Source of the DNA: Bacteroidales bacterium
GTDB taxonomy: Bacteria > Bacteroidota > Bacteroidia > Bacteroidales > UBA12077
DNA length: 52,542 nt
Reading direction: 5' to 3'
NCBI GenBank assembly: GCA_028282585.1
Contig: JANQHR010000145.1
Span: forward strand, 1 to 52,542
Numbering within the stretch: the stretch's first letter is position 1; each line of letters opens with the position of its first letter. The notes below the pieces were generated by a model that saw only the letters and a program-made list of their open reading frames with translations, was not told where the DNA came from and did no database searches. Shown here piece after piece: positions 49,958 through 52,542 of this stretch. The position numbers and the translations under genes were made by a program.

Positions 49958-50131
49958 AATTTTATTTTTTTATAAACATATATAAATTATTGCATAAATG
50001 ACATTTGTCATAAAATGTAATTCAGTATATATAGTGTTTAAATTTTATAAATAACTTAATATTACAAAATATCAATAAAAACAATTATTTTAAGTTCATT
50101 GTTTACTATTTATTATTAAATTATAAAAAAT

Positions 50132-51118
50132 ATGATAAATCTTTCGACAAAATATATGGGATTTGATTTAAAGAATCCAATTATTGCTGCGAGTTCGGGA
50201 ATGACAGATACAGTCCATAAAGTAAAAAATTTACATATTAATGGTGCTGGTGCGGTGGTGTTAAAATCATTATTTGAAGAACAAATAATGATGGAAATTG
50301 ATGCTGTCGCAACTTCAAATATTTATAGTAACTATGGTGATGCCAACGATTACATTTCGTATTATACGCGTAAGCATAATATTGATAATTATTTAAGGTT
50401 AATAGAAGAATCTAAAACAGAAGTTGATATTCCTGTTATAGCTAGTCTTAATTGTTTTTCAATAGGAAGATGGGTTAACTTTGCAGAAAGAATTGAATCT
50501 GCAGGTGCAGATGGTCTGGAATTAAATATGTTTGTTTTGCCTGGTGACCAGAAGTTTAATGGTGCTGAGATAGAGGAAACATATTTTGATATTATACGAA
50601 GTATTCGAAAAAATACAAAATTACCCGTAGCGGTTAAGTTGAGTACATATTTTACAGGAATGGCTGACACTTTAATAAAAATGTCGCATGAAGATATATC
50701 GGCAATGGTTTTATTTAATCATTTTTACAGCCCTGATGTGGATTTGGAAATGGAAGAAATTGTTTCTTCGAGGATTTTTAGTTTACCTGAAGAAAATTCA
50801 AATTGTATTCGTTGGATAGGAATGATCTCTGATAAAGTAAATTGTGATTTAGCTGCATCAACGGGCATTACGAATGGTTATGATGCTCTTAAGAATATTT
50901 TGGTTGGAGCCAGTGCCGTGCAGGTTGCAACAACATTATATAAAAATACTGCAAAGCAAATCAATGTAATGAAACAGCAAATGGAAAGCTGGATGAGCCA
51001 GAAAGGTTATGATTCACTGGAAGAGCTTAAAGGTAAATTAAGCCTTAAAAAGATTGAAAAACCAATGATTTATGAACGAGCTCAATTTATGAAATATTAT
51101 AGTTCTGCAGAACAATAA
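50132..51118 (+). CDS. Dihydroorotate dehydrogenase-like flavoprotein (DHOD_like family)
   Basis: LKNPII, GAVVLKSLFEEQI, PVIASLN, DGLELN, PVAVKL, GASAVQV. Confidence 0.85.
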   Translation: MINLSTKYMGFDLKNPIIAASSGMTDTVHKVKNLHINGAGAVVLKSLFEEQIMMEIDAVATSNIYSNYGDANDYISYYTRKHNIDNYLRLIEESKTEVDIPVIASLNCFSIGRWVNFAERIESAGADGLELNMFVLPGDQKFNGAEIEETYFDIIRSIRKNTKLPVAVKLSTYFTGMADTLIKMSHEDISAMVLFNHFYSPDVDLEMEEIVSSRIFSLPEENSNCIRWIGMISDKVNCDLAASTGITNGYDALKNILVGASAVQVATTLYKNTAKQINVMKQQMESWMSQKGYDSLEELKGKLSLKKIEKPMIYERAQFMKYYSSAEQ

Positions 51119-51130
51119 AAAGTTAAAAAC

Positions 51131-51163
51131 AAAGCCAGCATAATTCTTGCTGGCTTATTTTTT
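51131..51163 (+). terminator. Intrinsic terminator
   Basis: aagccagca-taattct-tgctggctt plus T tract; followed by a TATCTTTG -7 element at 51164-71. Confidence 0.82.
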
Positions 51164-51187
51164 TATCTTTGTTTCAAATCAAATATT

Positions 51188-52441
51188 ATGAGGTATTTAA
51201 TAATTATTAGTGCAATGATATTTTTTACTAAATCAACCATTGCACAAGAGGTTTTACTGGATAGAATTTATAAAAAAAATATAAAAACTGCCTTAATGTT
51301 TTTAGGAGATGATGACTTGTCGTTTCCTGTTTGGGATTTAGGTAGCAGAAAATTTCTTACGTTAACTTTTGATGATCTGGATATAAAAAGCAAAGATTAT
51401 TACTATACGATAGTTCATTGTAATTCAGATTGGACAAGATCAGACCTGGATCAAAGCGAATATATTGATGGGTATTTCGAAGATCGGATATCAGATTATC
51501 AAACCTCATTTAATACAACAGTTGATTATATTCATTACAAACTTCAAATCCCGAACGATTATATACGCCCAGTACTATCGGGTAATTATATTTTACAGGT
51601 TTTTGAAAACTCTAATCCTGATGAAGTTATATTAAGTAAAAGATTTTTGGTTGTTGAACGGAAAACCGATATCCAAGCCTTAGTAAAGAGCATGAATCAG
51701 GGAGCTTATTTTTATAATGATCAGGAAATGGAAATTGTAGTTGAATATTTCGAAAATGAATTTTATGATATTGCTCAGAATATAAAGCTTCAAGTATTAC
51801 AGAACAGGAATTGGGTTCAATCTTTAATTTTAGACCGACCCGATTTGATCAAGGATAATGAATTTATTTACAATAATTTTTCTAAACTTAAGTTCAAAGG
51901 TGGAAATGAATTTCATCATTTTAACACAAAAAATATTCATTATGTTGCTGAAAACATAAAAAATATAAGTTTTGTTGATAACATGTATCATTTTCTTTTA
52001 GTTGAAAATAGGGACAGAACATTTGATGATTACTTGTTTGTTCCGGACATAAATGGATTGTTCAAAGTAGATGTTACAAAGAGTGATTATCCTGAAACAG
52101 AAGCAGACTATTCTTACGTCTACTTTACTCTAAATATGGATGCCCCAATGCATCAAGGAGATATTTATGTATGGGGTGCATTAACAAATTATGATTTTAC
52201 ATCAGATAATAAATTAAAGTATAATTTTGAACAAAAGGCATATGAAGGAAGGTTACAACTAAAGCAAGGTTATTATAATTACCAATATGTTTATCTGGAA
52301 AAAGGGAAACCAGATTTTACTTATATTGAAGGAAATCATTCTGAAACAGAAAATACTTACACGATATTGGTTTATTATAAAGATTATAGGGGAGGTTACG
52401 ATCGCCTGATCGGGCATACAGAAGTTAGTTCAAAACAATAA
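51188..52441 (+). CDS. DUF5103 / type IX secretion plug-like protein
   Basis: Signal peptide; FDDL, HCNSDW, SFNT..YIHY, SGNY, GGNEF, LKQGYYNYQY, EGN..ETEN.Y, YDRLIG. Confidence 0.8.
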   Translation: MRYLIIISAMIFFTKSTIAQEVLLDRIYKKNIKTALMFLGDDDLSFPVWDLGSRKFLTLTFDDLDIKSKDYYYTIVHCNSDWTRSDLDQSEYIDGYFEDRISDYQTSFNTTVDYIHYKLQIPNDYIRPVLSGNYILQVFENSNPDEVILSKRFLVVERKTDIQALVKSMNQGAYFYNDQEMEIVVEYFENEFYDIAQNIKLQVLQNRNWVQSLILDRPDLIKDNEFIYNNFSKLKFKGGNEFHHFNTKNIHYVAENIKNISFVDNMYHFLLVENRDRTFDDYLFVPDINGLFKVDVTKSDYPETEADYSYVYFTLNMDAPMHQGDIYVWGALTNYDFTSDNKLKYNFEQKAYEGRLQLKQGYYNYQYVYLEKGKPDFTYIEGNHSETENTYTILVYYKDYRGGYDRLIGHTEVSSKQ

Positions 52442-52442
52442 T

Positions 52443-52471
52443 AAAAAAACCTGCCAGAACGCTGACAGGTT
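52443..52471. terminator. Terminator-like hairpin
   Basis: aaaaaaacctgccag-aacg-ctgacaggtt. Confidence 0.6.
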
Positions 52472-52542
52472 AAAATTTCATTATATGATTTGCGTTATAA
52501 ATTCTTTTCCGGGTACAAATCATTCCATTGTTGCGGTTGGTT

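Noticed and set aside
52495-52542. Possible 3' end of a minus-strand CDS (…QWNDLYPEKNL*)
   Set aside because: Only 48 nt visible and several frames are open; cannot be assigned

Overview
AT-rich, core-genome window from a Bacteroidota bacterium, probably a free-living Bacteroidales-type organism. The assignment is inferred from TAnnTTTG -7 promoters, the lack of Shine-Dalgarno motifs, gldD/gldE, a T9SS plug-like gene, bS22 and Na+-NQR. Contents in order: 3' half of the spc/alpha ribosomal operon (rplF to rplQ, including unlisted rpmD and rpmJ), eno, a UbiD/MqnL-type decarboxylase, a beta-propeller/SpoIIE sensor phosphatase facing a degenerate hybrid kinase, hisS-hutH, an ECF sigma cassette, split transketolase interrupted by MgsA-like and VWA genes, divergent ychF-crcB-pafA-like genes, an SOS1/SLC9C-like cyclic-nucleotide-binding Na+/H+ exchanger, a NUMOD4/HNH-like gene, GGGPS-PPTase-gldD-gldE-ssb-mutY, HU-bS22-RNase E/G, dsbD, apbE-nqrFEDCBA, a DHOD-like flavoprotein and a DUF5103 protein. 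I found no rRNA, tRNA, CRISPR array or transposase. The two strongest leads are (i) a eukaryote-like SLC9C/SOS1 exchanger with an intact cNMP pocket and (ii) several intact ORFs that have selectively lost catalytic residues (PafA-like, MgsA-like, YchF-like, hybrid kinase, HNH). All family calls come from motifs recognised by eye, not from database searches.
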